Source: Hemiscyllium ocellatum (lineage: Eukaryota). From it: DNA of 64,000 bases. The notes under the pieces were generated by a model. It made no database searches. It was not told where the DNA came from and worked only from the letters and a program-made list of their open reading frames with translations. Shown here piece after piece: positions 1 to 12,886 of the stretch; the first letter of the stretch is position 1; each line of letters starts with the position of its first letter. Location: assembly GCF_020745735.1 (NCBI RefSeq), contig NC_083431.1:31958496-32022495 (forward strand), read 5' to 3'. The translations under genes were made by a program, and so were the position numbers.

Positions 1-350
1 GAGGGCAGGGTGCCAAGTTAGTATAGTGCCAGATGGGTTGTGTTTCAGGGAGCCAGGTAAGTAGTGTCTGCTCTGTAGGGTGGCACAGTTGAATACCAGA
101 TGAGTAGGGGCTAAGATGCCATGTTAATAGGTTGCCAGGTAGGTAGAGTGACAATTGGGGGGTAGGGGTTTGGGTGCCAGGTAGGTAAGATACTGTTGGA
201 AGTGGCTAGGTTGCCAGGGTGCAAGCCGGGTGTTGCAGTATAGGTCTGGCCAGAGAAGGGGGTGAGGTAGGTTTGTGTGTGTATATGGTGTTGGTTTAGG
301 TTGTCCAGCGACAATGAGGTCCCAGTGGCTCCCATTGGGTTAGGCAAGGG
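1..350. repeat. G/T-rich degenerate repeat tract (recurring GGTTGCCAGG(G/T)AGG-like units), probably part of an old non-autonomous element
   Basis: Repeated GTGCCA/TTGCCAGG/GGTAGG motifs with strong G skew; a C-rich counterpart lies at ~7030-7330. Confidence 0.4.
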
Positions 351-409
351 TTAATTATTGAGAATTAATTGGTATTTTCTGTATTTTAGTATTAGTCTAG
401 CTGTTTATT

Positions 410-520
410 CCAAATTTCTTTTATTGAATTTCACCATCTGCCATGGTGGGTTTCGAACCCATGTCCTCAGAACATTGATTTGAGAGTCTGATTTCCTAGC
501 CTTTACCACTATGCCACAGC
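410..520 (-). mobile_element. 5' head fragment of a tRNA-derived SINE (same family as 38547-38895)
   Basis: Reverse complement gives GGGTTCGAAACCCACCATGGCAGATGGTGAAATTCAATAAA, matching the B-box region of the 38547 copy. Confidence 0.6.
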
Positions 521-1903
521 CTTTGTTACTACTTAATTAAACACAATACAGTAATTACCTTTCTATTCTTTATTCCTATCAATATTTAAATACAATTATG
601 ATTTTCACCTTAACCACTCAATGAGTAGCAATAATACCACGATGATTATTTTTCAGGCTTCTGCCTCTGTATATAGACATGGATAATATAATGGTCACTG
701 TATACACTGATGCTGTGATTTTGTTAATCTAGTGGTATCATTGTACCAGAAATCACAATCCTTCCTCTAACAGACACCAGGGAGACTCTAAATCCACATC
801 AGAAACCTGAGCTTATCCAAATATGGGCAGTTCAATAGAACTGAGTTCAGACTAAGCTTTGTAGATTCAAGCTCCTGATAAGCTCGAGGTTTTATTGTAG
901 CTGAATGTTGGAGCTGAGCCAAGTCTGCACTTTGCTGTTGAGCTTGACAACAGAATAGTGACTTTTAGAAGTTGAGATTTGAGCAGGATTTGCTTTGGAT
1001 TTGCTTTAAAGTTTATGTAAAGCTGTTCATTCATGCCTGTAATGCATCCCTATAAATATTCAGAAACACAGTTTGACCATGGTGCTTGGGAAACAGATTG
1101 ACATAGTTGCCTCAGAACTGTATATTCTCAAACTTGACCGAGGGGATCCAACCCTGATTGAAGATATCCTGGTAATACACTGAGCAGAGGCAGCCAACTA
1201 AGAGGCATTATATTGCCTGAGCCAAGAAAGTGTCCTTTCCAGATAAATCTCTCTGGGCTGGACTTTCTGTGGGCGGAGGTCTGGTAGCAATAAATAATTA
1301 GGACCTTGCGGGCATCTTCTGTTGGTGTGTATAGCAAGGTGTTTTGTATGTGTGAGGAAATTGATTGCAGCTTTTTGCTGAATTTTGACATTATTTTTAG
1401 AAGAAGTCCTCAAGGCAGCCATGTGCCGTTGCAGTGCTAGTTTTGTTTTTAAAGTATGGATCTAATCTGTAGAACATGACTGAAATTTTGTGCCACGTTG
1501 TATGATTTTCAAAGACAAAATGGTTGAAATGTTCCCAATAGATTAAATTCAGAAGTATCTGAAGGAGTACAAACTCACTGAAAATCCAGAGAACTGCCTT
1601 GGGCATCTGAAGAGCATTTTGAAATCTGGGGGCTGGCTAGGTGGACGTGGATGATCTTTTCAGGCACAGCAACATCATCATCTCAGGAAGTGACTAACAG
1701 ATGCACTTGTTAGTCACATCAGTTTTGGGGCAGTGTCAAGTTACAATAGGAGGCTCAATTATCTATTTCTAAACACCAACGGCTGTCGCATGAGGACTTT
1801 GATTCCAGGACAAAAGCAGTGCAAACAATCCACAGAACTGCTTGCCTCATGGCAAAGGACCTTGTTACTGAGTTTGGTGCTGAGCTAGAGAGGGCATCAG
1901 TAA

Positions 1904-2218
1904 TTAGATTAGATTAGATTACTTAGTGTGGAAACAGGCCCTTCGGCCCAACAAGTCCACACCAACCCGCCGAAGCGCAACCCACCCATACCCCTACATT
2001 TACCCCTTACCTAACACTACGGGCAATTTAGCATGACCAATTCACCTGACCCGCACATCTTTGGACTGTGGGAGGAAACCGGGGCACCCGGAGGAAACCC
2101 ACGCAGACACGGGGAGAACATGCAAACTCCACACAGTCTGTCGCCTGAGTCAGGAATTGAACCCGGGTCTCAGGCGCTGTGAGGCAGCAGTGCTAACCAC
2201 TGTGCCACCGTGCCGCCC
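1904..2218 (-). mobile_element. HE1-type V-SINE, full length
   Basis: tRNA-like head GGGCGGCACGGTGGCACAGTGGTTAGCACTG, B-box GGTTCAATTCC, V-domain GGAGTTTGCATGTTCTCCCCGTGTCTGCGTGGGTTTCCTCC, CR1-like tail and (TCTAA)n end; near-identical to copies at 19053 and 23402. Confidence 0.92.
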
Positions 2219-4209
2219 ACATGGCACTGTAATGTGCTGCTGTGCATTTATTTCTCAACACCAAGGCTCATGAGCATTCTCAAATAGAGAATTAGGTTGT
2301 ACAGATTAAAATACCATCACTGAAATAACATGCTGAAAGAAACACATGTTATGAAGGATAAATGCAGGTGTGAGCTAGACCAGTTCACAAGAATGCCTGA
2401 GTTTCCTCTAGAGCAACTGGGTTGTAGAACTCATTGGAACACGACAGTGCTGCAAATAGAGAAACTCCACTGTCTGGGTATTACCTGCTGGATAGTGACT
2501 GTCATTGCTGGCTTGGTGGCCTTCCCATTTGGAAGCCATGAACACTGTGGGATTCTGTTTACGCATTGGTGGCTGGCCAGTTACTGCCCTGCTGCCGCCT
2601 GATTTGTTTACATGTCCAAATATATATTGCCAGTGGAAAGTGGGGACTGAGCAAGACGTAGCCTGCTATTTTTTTTAAGCTTTCCTTCACTGTAAAAGAA
2701 ATAAGCTAGCTTTCCTAACTAAATAAAAGTTTGAATGGAGCCCAATTGGAATTCCTTAAAATATTTGAATTTTAGTTTAGTTGGCATCTGATCTGGTTCA
2801 GGTTTTAGTTTGTTTAGCTGCAGCGATTTATATTTGACCTCTTATTAACTTTCAGTTCATTAGACAACTTGTGGTTTGTAAACTAATTTAATGCTTCAGC
2901 ATCGTGTACTGTGGAGTTGTAGCAGGTGAATATGGGTCCACAATCCCAAGCCTCCTTCCTTAGGTGTGTACCTTCAAAATAGATTCTAAGGGCCTGATTT
3001 TGCAGAGTTGTGAAAACAATAAGAGCCTTTAACACTTGGCGGGCAGGATCTAGATTGTGAAGTTCCACCCTAATTGCGGTCAAAACCATTTCTGCTGTTC
3101 AAGGACAAGGGACAGGTGTACCTTTCACAGGTATGCATCATGAATCTGGTGGTCTATTTGAAATTAGTTGTTAATTGAAACACATTCTATTTTGGCAGTG
3201 GCAAGGTCTCAGTGTTACAAATTAGTGGCAGCCGTGGATGCTCTTGAAGATCTGTATCTGTTGTAATCTGAACGCTCTAAATCACTTGCTGCTTAAACTT
3301 TCAATGATAATGGCAACCTGTTTTCTTTAGGGATTTTAAAAGAAACCTTCTACAGGCTGGGGGCAATGTAATATCTGAATTGGAACAGACTCTTTGTTGA
3401 TATTCATCTTGTAGCAAATGCTTGGGGAAATTTCTAAAGGTACATGATTTGAGCAAGGGGAGTTCCGAATTCACATTTTGATTGACAGCTTAAAAAGTTT
3501 TATTGAAGAACCAATTTTCTTTGTGGGCATCCAAATGAAGTTTGTTCTAATAAATTGAACATTTATGATTTAGAAACTTTTAATAGCTGTCATGTACGAG
3601 ATTTTTTTCACAATCAAGCATGTTAAAGCTGCATTAGTTTAGTTGAAATTTATCACTTTCATCTCCACATGCCTCCTGAGGTCAGCCCATGTTGTGTACT
3701 AGGTGAGTAGCAATGCAGTTGGCATGGAGGGCATGTGGGCTCATGGGCTATACCTTGGCATGCAGTGTATATAGGGCCATTGGAATTTGTGGAAGTGAGA
3801 AAGAGTTCACAGAATGAAAGATACAACTTCTAAAACAACTCATGCAAAGTCCCTGCAATGGCCATCTACACTCCATATTTGGGGTTGGCATTCCACATTC
3901 ATTCACACCATAGTGAATGCTGCATGTGTCTTGGAGGTTAGTGTGTAAATTAGACTGGTGCCAACAGCATAGGGTTAAATCGCTATGCTGGCTTAGGCCA
4001 AGTTGATTCTAGCACTTAGTGATGTTTCGATGAGCAATTGTCAATGACCCTGCCTTCAGTCAGAGAACTGGAACGACAGAGGACTTAAGTGTTGCTTCAA
4101 CAGAGCTTGATTGGCTGTTACATCTTTTGTGAAATGCAATGATTGAGAAAGGCGCTATATAAATATTTGCAAGTTAATTCTCTTTTGAATTGAACAGGAA
4201 GCATATGAA

Positions 4210-5020
4210 AATGTGTTTAGCATGCTTGCCTTTGTTGTTCAATCCTTTAAATATAGGAGTTGGGAAGTCATATTGAGGTTATGCAAGATGTTGGTGCGGC
4301 TTCTTCTGGAATACTGTGTGTAATTCAGTAATAGCAAGGATATTAGTAAGTGAGAGAGGGTTCAGAAGATTTTCGAGGAGAAAGTGAGGTCTGCACGTGC
4401 TGGAGATCAGAGCTGAAAATGTGTTGCTGGAAAAGCGCAGCAGGTCAGGCAGCATCCAAGGAACAGGAGATTCGACGTTTCGGGCATAAGCCCTTCTTCA
4501 CGAATCTCCTGTTCCTTAGATGCTGCCTGACCTGCTGCGCTTTTCCAGCAACACATTTTCAGCTTCAGAAGAGATTTACCAGGATATTGTGGGTATGGAA
4601 GGTTTTAGTTATAAACAAAGGCTGGATAAAGTAGGACTTTTCACTGGAGTGTCGGAGGTTGAGACATGACCTTACAGAAGTTTATAAAATCATGAGGGGT
4701 TTAGATAGGGTTGATGGTTTGTCTCTTGTCCCTAGGATGGAGGATTTCAAGACTGGAGAGCATATTTTTAAGGTGAGAGGCGAGAGATTTAAAAAACACA
4801 TGAGGGGCAAATTTTTTACACTGAGGGTGATTCCTGAGGAAGTGCTGAATGTGGGCACAGTTAAAACATTTAGAAGATTCTTAGCCAAGTACATGAATAG
4901 GAACAATTTGGAGGTATAGGGGCCAGGAGCAGGCAGGTGGGACTGTAGTTGACTTTGACATGATGTTCGGCGTGGACTGGTTGGACCCAAGGGTCTGTTT
5001 CTGTGCTGGATGACTCTATG
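4210..5020 (+). mobile_element. CR1-clade LINE 3' fragment (RT C-terminus and 3' tail), interrupted by a fold-back insert
   Basis: Relic translation DLTEVYKIMRGLDRVD...FKVRGERFK...FFTLRV; tail GGACTGGTTGGACCCAAGGGTCTGTTTCTGTGCTG is shared with the HE1 tail. Confidence 0.85.
4377..4564. mobile_element. PLE-derived fold-back element, family A, with hammerhead motif in the loop
   Basis: Arms 4411-4474 and 4501-4564 are 63/64 complementary; sequence matches the 3' end of the PLE at 12880-13017; degenerate TSD ttcagaagattttcgagga / ttcagaagagatttaccagga. Confidence 0.88.
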
Positions 5021-7888
5021 AAAATAGATAGCTTGGCTCCATCCTGCCAAATGATATTTCTAATGAGCTTATTCAACTTTCTCTTGGAGCATTTAATTGG
5101 CATTTAGTAAAATTGACCTTTTTTGTGTGATATCAAATGCAGCCAGCTGTGAATTCTGCAATGTGTCACACTTCATAGTCACCTTTCAAAATTCAGTGAC
5201 TGTCACTTAAATCTTTTGATGTTCAATCTGTTTCAAGCAAGACCTTTTAAAATTTATGACTCTCTCCACAGGACCAAGGGGTTCTGACTGAAAAGTGTAG
5301 TGTAAACACAATGAAAATTGTGAGTAGTACATCAATCTTTCTTTACTGCTTTCAAAAACCAAAAAACCATGAACCCTCTGAGACCTTTCAGTGCTGCACC
5401 ATATCACTAACGGTGACAAGGTAAGTACAATATTCTCAGCCTCTTCCATCTCTGATAAAGGATGGATTGCAAACCTTAGAAAGGTTGAATAATGAGGCCT
5501 TGCAAATTTGCAGTGTGTTTTCATTGAATCATCAGGATTTTTGCAGCATTGTAAATTATTTTCACTTAACCAAGTCCTTCCAAATTGACCAAAGGCATTG
5601 TCAGTTGCTGCTATGTGACTTGAGTATAATGCTGAACAAAGAATGCTTTTATCAATGTAATGTGAAGGGCCAAAGGATCTTTCTACATGCTATAGGTCTC
5701 TGATTCTATGTATGTACTCTGGCCTGGACTATTAGGGAATATTTAGTGCCATAAGTGTTATAATGTTCCGCTCACATTTAGAGCCAGGGTAGATTTTAGA
5801 ACTGTAGACATGAAGACTGTCTCAAATAATGTGATAGATTCATAGTTTTTAAAAACCAACTTCACATACAGTTCAATTTTGAAATTCCCTCATGAAACAG
5901 AGAATTCCCCCCAAAAAACTCTTAATTCTGGAGTTTGAAATCACTCAACAGCAACTAATTAAAGATAAACCAATGAAGTTGTTCCAAAACACTTGTGTTG
6001 AGTTAATTTGATTGCTGTCATGGACTTACACTGAGAAATTTATTGCTGGAGACATGATATGTAGCACAATAAAGAAATGCTTATAAATTATAAGGCATAC
6101 AAAATGATAATGAAATATCCCAATGTAGCAGCATTGATACATTGAATATGAAGGCTGTTCTTGAGTCCCATATAATTATCACTGACTGTATGAAAACACT
6201 GTGCAGGTTGGTGTATAGCTTGCAGTAGATTTGTGTACATTCCTAGTATATTGAAACCACTCACACTGTTTAATCACAGAGAGGCATTAGCAGATGTAGA
6301 AATCACTTGTAAAGAGAACGCAAGTGAGTGGAATTACCTATTTATGTAGGAAATGCGAAAGCAAAGTAAAGCATAAGCTTTCTCTTTGGCCAGTGTTAAT
6401 ATAATCGAGGAAGTGTCTTTTTATCCCCTCAGCAAAAATATCAAGATACATTGGTGGCCAATGAAGATTTTAAACATTTGTCAATATTTACTTTAAATGA
6501 TATTTGATAATTTCTTCTAAATACTTGCAGTTGTTATATGACTTTGTGTATCTCAGCAAGAATTCAAAAATAATTAAAGAGGTGGAAAGCTATGGATCAC
6601 CATACCATCATTCAAATTTGAAGAGGGCTGTGAATAAAATTCCAAAACACAAACATTTTATTCTTTAGAGGACCATTTAAGCACTATTACAGTGATTTGA
6701 TAAAGAATGACAGTTTCAAATTAGGTTAACATTTAATATTGTATAATCCGTACTCTGAAAGCAAATAGTGACAACAAAAGGGACAGCTTCCTTGCTTCAT
6801 GTTCCAAGTTAAGAGCTGCTACATGTGTGTTGGTTTATTTAGTCATGGAAGTGTTCTACCCTCTGGCAACTTGAAAAAATGTCCCATCCAGAGACTTTGG
6901 TAGGATCTGACTGACTCATTCAAATCATCAGCCAGAATCAATTTGGTAAATCAAAATACACCAGCTCCTGGCTAACCATAACACTGACCCTCACTCACTG
7001 ATCTTCCAATAACTCACACTAAAACCCCCACCATGCTCCCTAAAATCTCACCAACTCCATTTCCCAACACTTGCTTGGCATTCTTCAACCTCACCTACCA
7101 CCTTATCTCTCTTTCCCCCCCCCCCCCCCCCACATCTTGCCAATCCATTGCCACCCTCCCCCCACCCTTACCCATCTGCCATTCCCACTCTCCTGAGCCA
7201 CCTAGCAATCGATATCTCCTCACCCACTTGCCATCTTATAGCCCCACCTTACTACTTAAACCTATTCTCCCCATCCACCTGGCATCTTAATTCTCCATTC
7301 CTTTGACACCCTCTGCCACCTACTTGACTGCTTGCAGCAGTTGACAAAATTGGCTTCAAGTGCTTTAAGTCTGGAAATGTGACAGCTCGTCTTGGAAAAA
7401 TAAGGGGTATGATTTCATGCTGATCCATCCATTGTATTGACTCCTTGGTCTGGAGTAGACTGCTTTATCGGACAGGACAGCAGGATTGCACGGTCACCTG
7501 GAGAATCCTAAAGGTAATTGTGCATTGTTTGTGACCACAGTTGTAAATAGATTTCTGATCCTTCTCAGAAGCTCTAGGTTGATTTTTTTTTCCCCAAATC
7601 CTTTCGGTGTAACTCACACCCCTCCCCCAATTATTCACTATGCAGCTATGGCTCAAACATTCTTGAAGCACCAAAAAATTACAAGCTACAGTTGCTTTTC
7701 TCATGTACCTTCTGAAATAAAGACAGGCGTTTCTAATTAGGTTCAAGGTATTTCTAATGGCAATTAATTCATGATTACTATAGCTAGTTACTGTGATTAG
7801 ACCCTTAATGGCAGGCAGACCATGTTAAACATTGCTCTAAATTTAAAAACACAGCAATGCATTGATAGAATGCGGTTCCCTTAATAAA

Positions 7889-9240
7889 ATAGAACATTGT
7901 CTGATTTACATTGAACAACACACATTAGATCTGCTAATGTGTGTTGCTTGACAGAAGCAGAATTTTCACCTGCCTAGCTTTGTCATATGTCTTAAGTTTA
8001 TCTAATAATAGACCTGTGAGTAAATGCTGCTTAACTTTGGTTTGGCACCAAGTTTGGAAATGATCCCACATCAAATTAGCTTTAAGAGCACCTAATTCTG
8101 TGTGGAAGTGACTTTTCAGGGTCCATGGCAGCACTAACTGTTTGCCCAGTTGCTATTGCGTCTTGTTTTCTTGTTGCTATCAGCTGCTCCTGGTTTTTTT
8201 TGTGAACTAAGCCTGATGAAAACTTGCTACCTTGACAAATACCTTCCCTTCAGTCTCAGTTGTTGGAAATGTCAGTGTGGTTTGATGATGGTTAAGTTTA
8301 AAATTAAACACAAATCTACACAGGTAATTACTTCCTAACATTCCTGGATCAGTGACGTTGATCGACAAAATCTAATTCAATTGTACTTGTGTGATTCAGT
8401 CGTTCGTGTTGCAGTTTGCCCTAACTGTTGTATTTTGGTATAGATTCCAAACAGATAGACTTACACTTAAAAAAAACAGTCCATGCTATTGTGAGATGTG
8501 ATATTCTGCGTTAAAGGTACAACCTCACCTTCATTTGCACACTTGGTGTCATGGAGTCTGTGTAGTTAGTCATCTGGGGTTTGTGTGCAATGTACAGTAA
8601 CACCAGAAAGCACAGAACCTAGACCATGTCTTTGATGGTGTAAATACACTTCAATATGTCTGACTCAAAAAGGATCCAGTTTGTGGTATGTTACATGGCC
8701 TAATGTGTAGAAAATCACATGCATGTGTGCATCAATTTATTTACTGCTCAAGGTTTCAGTGCTATCTCGCAAAGATGATGGGAAACGCAACAAGTTGATG
8801 ATTTGAGTCTGATATGACTTTGTCAGAACTGAATTACTTGGCCAACAGTACACGTTCAGTTCTGGTTTGGCTGAGGTTTGCACAAAGGTCTCTTTCTCAA
8901 CTTCTCCCTTGCCTGAGATGTAGTGAATCTCCAGTTGTTTCTCCCGAATGAGAAAGTAGCCATGTGGTCTGGTAAGATGTTGGCGATTTTACTTGGCGTG
9001 TGACGTGAGTTCATTATATGGAAACTGGGAGAAGAATTGTCCCTCCTGTGTTGCCATTAGTTAAAAGGTCAAACAGAAATGTGTGGTTCAGGGATCAATA
9101 AGCTCCAAGTGCCATTGTTGGTGTGGGGTTTTATTTCAACATGTTATACCCTCAAACCAACACAATTCTACTTCTGTCAAGTAACACACATTAGCAGATC
9201 TAATGCATTTTGCTCAGTGTAAATCAGGCAATATACTACT
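7889..9240. repeat. Long-range inverted repeat pair (~76 bp arms at 7889-7964 and 9164-9240)
   Basis: Left ...attgtctgatttacattgaacaacacacattagatctgctaatgtgtgttgcttgacagaagcagaatt versus reverse complement of right ...attgcctgatttacactgagcaaaatgcattagatctgctaatgtgtgttacttgacagaagtagaatt. Confidence 0.8.
8840..8995 (+). mobile_element. Decayed tRNA-derived SINE (same family as 18280-18497)
   Basis: Similarity to the 18280 copy (gctgaggtt...ttctcaac...ccttgcctgag...gagaaagtagcc...tggtctggtaaga). Confidence 0.5.
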
Positions 9241-11079
9241 TTTCAAAGGTACTTTACAAACTTGTGGATCCCCTTTCTCACTGCTCTTTGTGATTCCTGG
9301 CTTTGCAGGAATCTGAGAGATGTGGTCAGCGAGAAGTAAATAATGATGCAGTGCTTTTATCTAGCTTCTGAACCAATTTGATTTCAAAGAATGGAAAACT
9401 TGGAACACTAGACCTGTGATTTTTGGATAGGCTAAATTCATTGCATTATTTGCAGTTATTAACAACACATCATGTAGATTACGCTGCAGCTTGTTTAATG
9501 GAATGTTTATGTTATTTGACAAGTGTCCTGGTTAAAATGTTACTGATCTTGAGTTTCTACTGTTGGTCCAACAATCCACCATAACCTTAAACAGAAGACA
9601 ACTGTAACCCCTGTGAGCCAATGCAGATTGACATTGTTAGATGTTTGTGTGCTTTTCTGGGAGTTTCACCCATTTCTGCCAGCATAAGAGCAGGAAATCG
9701 GGAGATATTCACATGGAAATCAGGGCCATGGATGAAGCTGGATTGAATCTTCAGATGACTACAGCTGGCACCATGTCACATGAGCACGCAATGCCAACAA
9801 CTATCAATATACGGTTGGTAAATTGCTGTCAGAATCCTCATTTTGATTTGGCTGAGTCTAAAAGGTCTATTTGGTTTAATTGTTAGGGGCAAACCACGTG
9901 TTATCTAATGAAAAGTAGTGTTTCTCTTAAACAAGATATCCTTTTACTGCACGACAGTAATCAGGTACAACTTACGTGAATAAAATCGACAGTGTTACAA
10001 AGAATATAAGGAGATTTTGGAGAACAGATCTGTCATCTTCAACATGGTAAGCTGAACTATCATTCGTAACTTATGATATTGTAAGATTGGGTGCACCTTG
10101 ATATAGTCGCCGTAATACCATTATCTTATTCAACATCTTATTCCACAACCCCCTATCCAGGGCAACGTTTTCTTTCCTAATAGTTAACATTTATACTTTT
10201 GTGTAGGTAAGTACATTTACCACTAATGCATATCCTATGACTAAGTCTATGACTTCTCAAATTCAACCATTGTGGAGGTTTCACTGCTCTTCCAGAACGT
10301 GTTCTCTTTGGACTTGGAAGTTTGATAGGTTTCTGGTTTGATGATTGCTGAACTTGATTCTGTTCCGAATCCCACAAGGACTATTTGCTGTTTGAAATAT
10401 TGAACTGCTGCTGCCATTTGAAAACGGTTGAATTCAAGGTAGTGTTCATGTTCAAGCATGAGAATTTTTGATTGTGAAATACGTCTCTGCTGTCTATTCT
10501 CTGACTCCCTTGGATGCTGAACACTTAGGTTAAATCTTGCAGTTTCAAGAATTCTATTTCGTGTAATCAAAATCGTGTAGAACTTTATTGAAAGTAACTT
10601 TGCTTTTTTTCCTGCCGAGGGAGCTGTAACAAGATCAGCTATAGTCCCAATTGAGTTTGTGTGTTAACTTGTTCTGCTTCTGGCTTACATCTGGTTGGAA
10701 TCAATTTTGTATCTTAAGAACCGTTCCTCCAAGATGGCTGATTATGTGTTCCATTTCGCCCATTTCTGAAGTTAAATCTTCCTGGTAATACTTTTTTTGC
10801 TGTCAGGACTTCATAATGCAATTATGTATTCTTTGCACTTGGAGCTTTGCAATTCCACACACTCTGAATGTTGCTTTGCGTTTGCTACTTTGAGGATTTT
10901 AATTGTGCAATGTATCAATGCTGCATTAACTTCTTAACCTGAAACTTGTACCCTCGACCTCTTCATTTCCAACTGCCGCCCTCCCCCACTCCGACCTCTC
11001 ACCCTCACAACGCGCAGCCCTCCAATCCCTCTGCTCCAATCCCAACCTCACCATCAAGCCAGCGGATAAAGGGGGTGCA

Positions 11080-11481
11080 ATGGTAGTCTGGCCCACTGAC
11101 CTCTACACCGCTGAAGCCAAACGCCAACTCGAGGACACCTCTTCCTACTTCCCCCTCGACCATGACCCCATCCCCCATCACCAAACCATCATCTCCCAGA
11201 CCATACAGAACCTCATCACCTCAGGAGATCTCCCACCCACAGCTTCCAACCTCATAGTCCGGGAACCCCGCACTGCCCGGTTCTACCTCCTTCCCAAGAT
11301 CCACAAGCCTGACCACCCTGGCCGATCCATTGTCTCAGCATGCTCCTGCCCCACTGAACTCATCTCTACCTACCTCGACACTGTCCTATCTCCCCTAGTC
11401 CAGGAACTCCCACATATGTTCGAGACACCACCCACAATTTCTCCTTTGAATCCTCCCACTTCCTCCAGTCCAAAGGGGTAG
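11080..11481 (+). pseudogene. PLE reverse transcriptase N-terminal part (frameshift at ~11410, deletion at ~11435)
   Basis: ARFYLLPKIHKPDHPGRSIVSACSCPTELIS motif. In the shifted frame YVRDTTH is fused directly to NFSFESSHFLQSKGVAMG, so the motif carrying the first catalytic Asp is absent. Confidence 0.85.
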
Positions 11482-11483
11482 CC

Positions 11484-12677
11484 ATGGGCACACATATTGG
11501 ACCTAGCTATGCCTGTCTCTTTGTTGGCTACGTAGAACAGTTGATCTTCCGTAACTACACTGGCACCACTTCCCACGTCTTCCTCCGCTACATTGATGAC
11601 TGCATTGGCGTCACCTCGTGCTCCTACGAGGAGGTCGAGCAATTCACCAACTTCACCAACACATTCCACCCTGACCTTAAATTTACCTGGACCATCTCAG
11701 ACACCTCCCTCCCTTTCCTGGACCTCTCCATCTCCATTAATGACGACCGACTTGACATTGACATTTTTTACAAACCCACTTACTCCCACAGCTACCTGGA
11801 TTACACCTCTTCCCACCCTACCTCTTGCAAAAATGCCATCCCGTATTCCCAATTCGTCCGCCTCTGCCGTATCTGCTCCCAGGAGGACCAGTTCCACCAT
11901 AGAACACACCAGATGGCCTCCTTCTTTAGAGACCGCAATTTCCCTTCCCACGTGGTTAAAGATGCCCTCCAACACATCTCGTCCACATCCCGCACCTCCG
12001 CCCTCAGACCCCATCCTTCCAACCGTAACAAGGACAGAACGCCCCTGGTGCTCACCTTCCACCCTACAAACCTTTGCATAAACCAAATCATCCGCCGACA
12101 TTTCCGCCACCTCCAAAAAGACCCCACCACCAGGGATATATTTCCCTCCCCACCTCTTTCTGCCTTCCGCAAAGACTGTTACCTCCGTGACTACCTGGTC
12201 AGGTCCACGCCCCCCTACAACCCACCCTCCTATCCTGGCACTTTCCCCTGCCACCGCAGGAACTGTAAAACCTGTGCCCACACCTCCTCCCTCACCTCTA
12301 TCCAAGGCCCTAAAGGAGCCTTCCACATCCATCAAAGTTTTACCTGCACATCTACTAATATCATTTATTGTATCCGTTGCTCCCGATGCTGTCTCCTCTA
12401 CATTGGGGAGACTGGGCGCCTCCTAGCAGAGCGCTTTAGGGAACATCTCCGAGACACCCGCACCAATCAACCACACCGCCCTGTGGCCCAACATTTCAAC
12501 TCCCCCTCCCACTCTGCCGAGGACATGGAGGTCCTGGGCCTCCTTCATCGCCGCTCGCTCACCACCAGATGCCTGGTGGAAGAACGCCTCATCTTCCGCC
12601 TCCAAACACTTCAACCCAAGGGCATCAATGTGGACTTCAACAATTTCCTCATTTCCCCTTCCCCCACCTCACCCTAG
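11484..12677 (+). CDS. PLE RT C-terminal half, thumb, Cys-rich linker and GIY-YIG endonuclease (397-aa open frame of a defective copy)
   Basis: MGT-GPSYA, FLRYIDD, LPFLD, CHRRNCKTC, FTCTSTNIIYCIRCSRCCLLYIGET, RFREH, VAQHFN, EERLIFRLQTLQPKGIN. Confidence 0.88.
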   Translation: MGTHIGPSYACLFVGYVEQLIFRNYTGTTSHVFLRYIDDCIGVTSCSYEEVEQFTNFTNTFHPDLKFTWTISDTSLPFLDLSISINDDRLDIDIFYKPTYSHSYLDYTSSHPTSCKNAIPYSQFVRLCRICSQEDQFHHRTHQMASFFRDRNFPSHVVKDALQHISSTSRTSALRPHPSNRNKDRTPLVLTFHPTNLCINQIIRRHFRHLQKDPTTRDIFPSPPLSAFRKDCYLRDYLVRSTPPYNPPSYPGTFPCHRRNCKTCAHTSSLTSIQGPKGAFHIHQSFTCTSTNIIYCIRCSRCCLLYIGETGRLLAERFREHLRDTRTNQPHRPVAQHFNSPSHSAEDMEVLGLLHRRSLTTRCLVEERLIFRLQTLQPKGINVDFNNFLISPSPTSP

Positions 12678-12886
12678 TTCCAAACTTCCAGCTCAGCACT
12701 GTCCCCATGACTTGTCCGGACTTGTCCTACCTGCCTAGCTCCTTTTCCACCTATCCACTCCACCCTCTCCTCCCTGACCTATCACTTTCATCCCCTCCCC
12801 CACTCATCCATTGTACTCTATGCTACTTTCTCCCCACCCCCACCCTCCCCTAGCTTATCTCTCCACGCTTCAGGCTCACTGCCTTT

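Noticed and set aside
4377-4564. Fold-backs interpreted as DNA-transposon MITEs or pre-miRNAs
   Set aside because: The arms match PLE 3' termini present in this window, are asymmetric, and have long variable TSDs unlike DDE transposons
11370-12614. Long minus-strand and alternate-frame ORFs overlapping the PLE (99-212 aa)
   Set aside because: Shadow frames caused by the C-rich, stop-poor composition of the PLE ORF; no recognisable motifs
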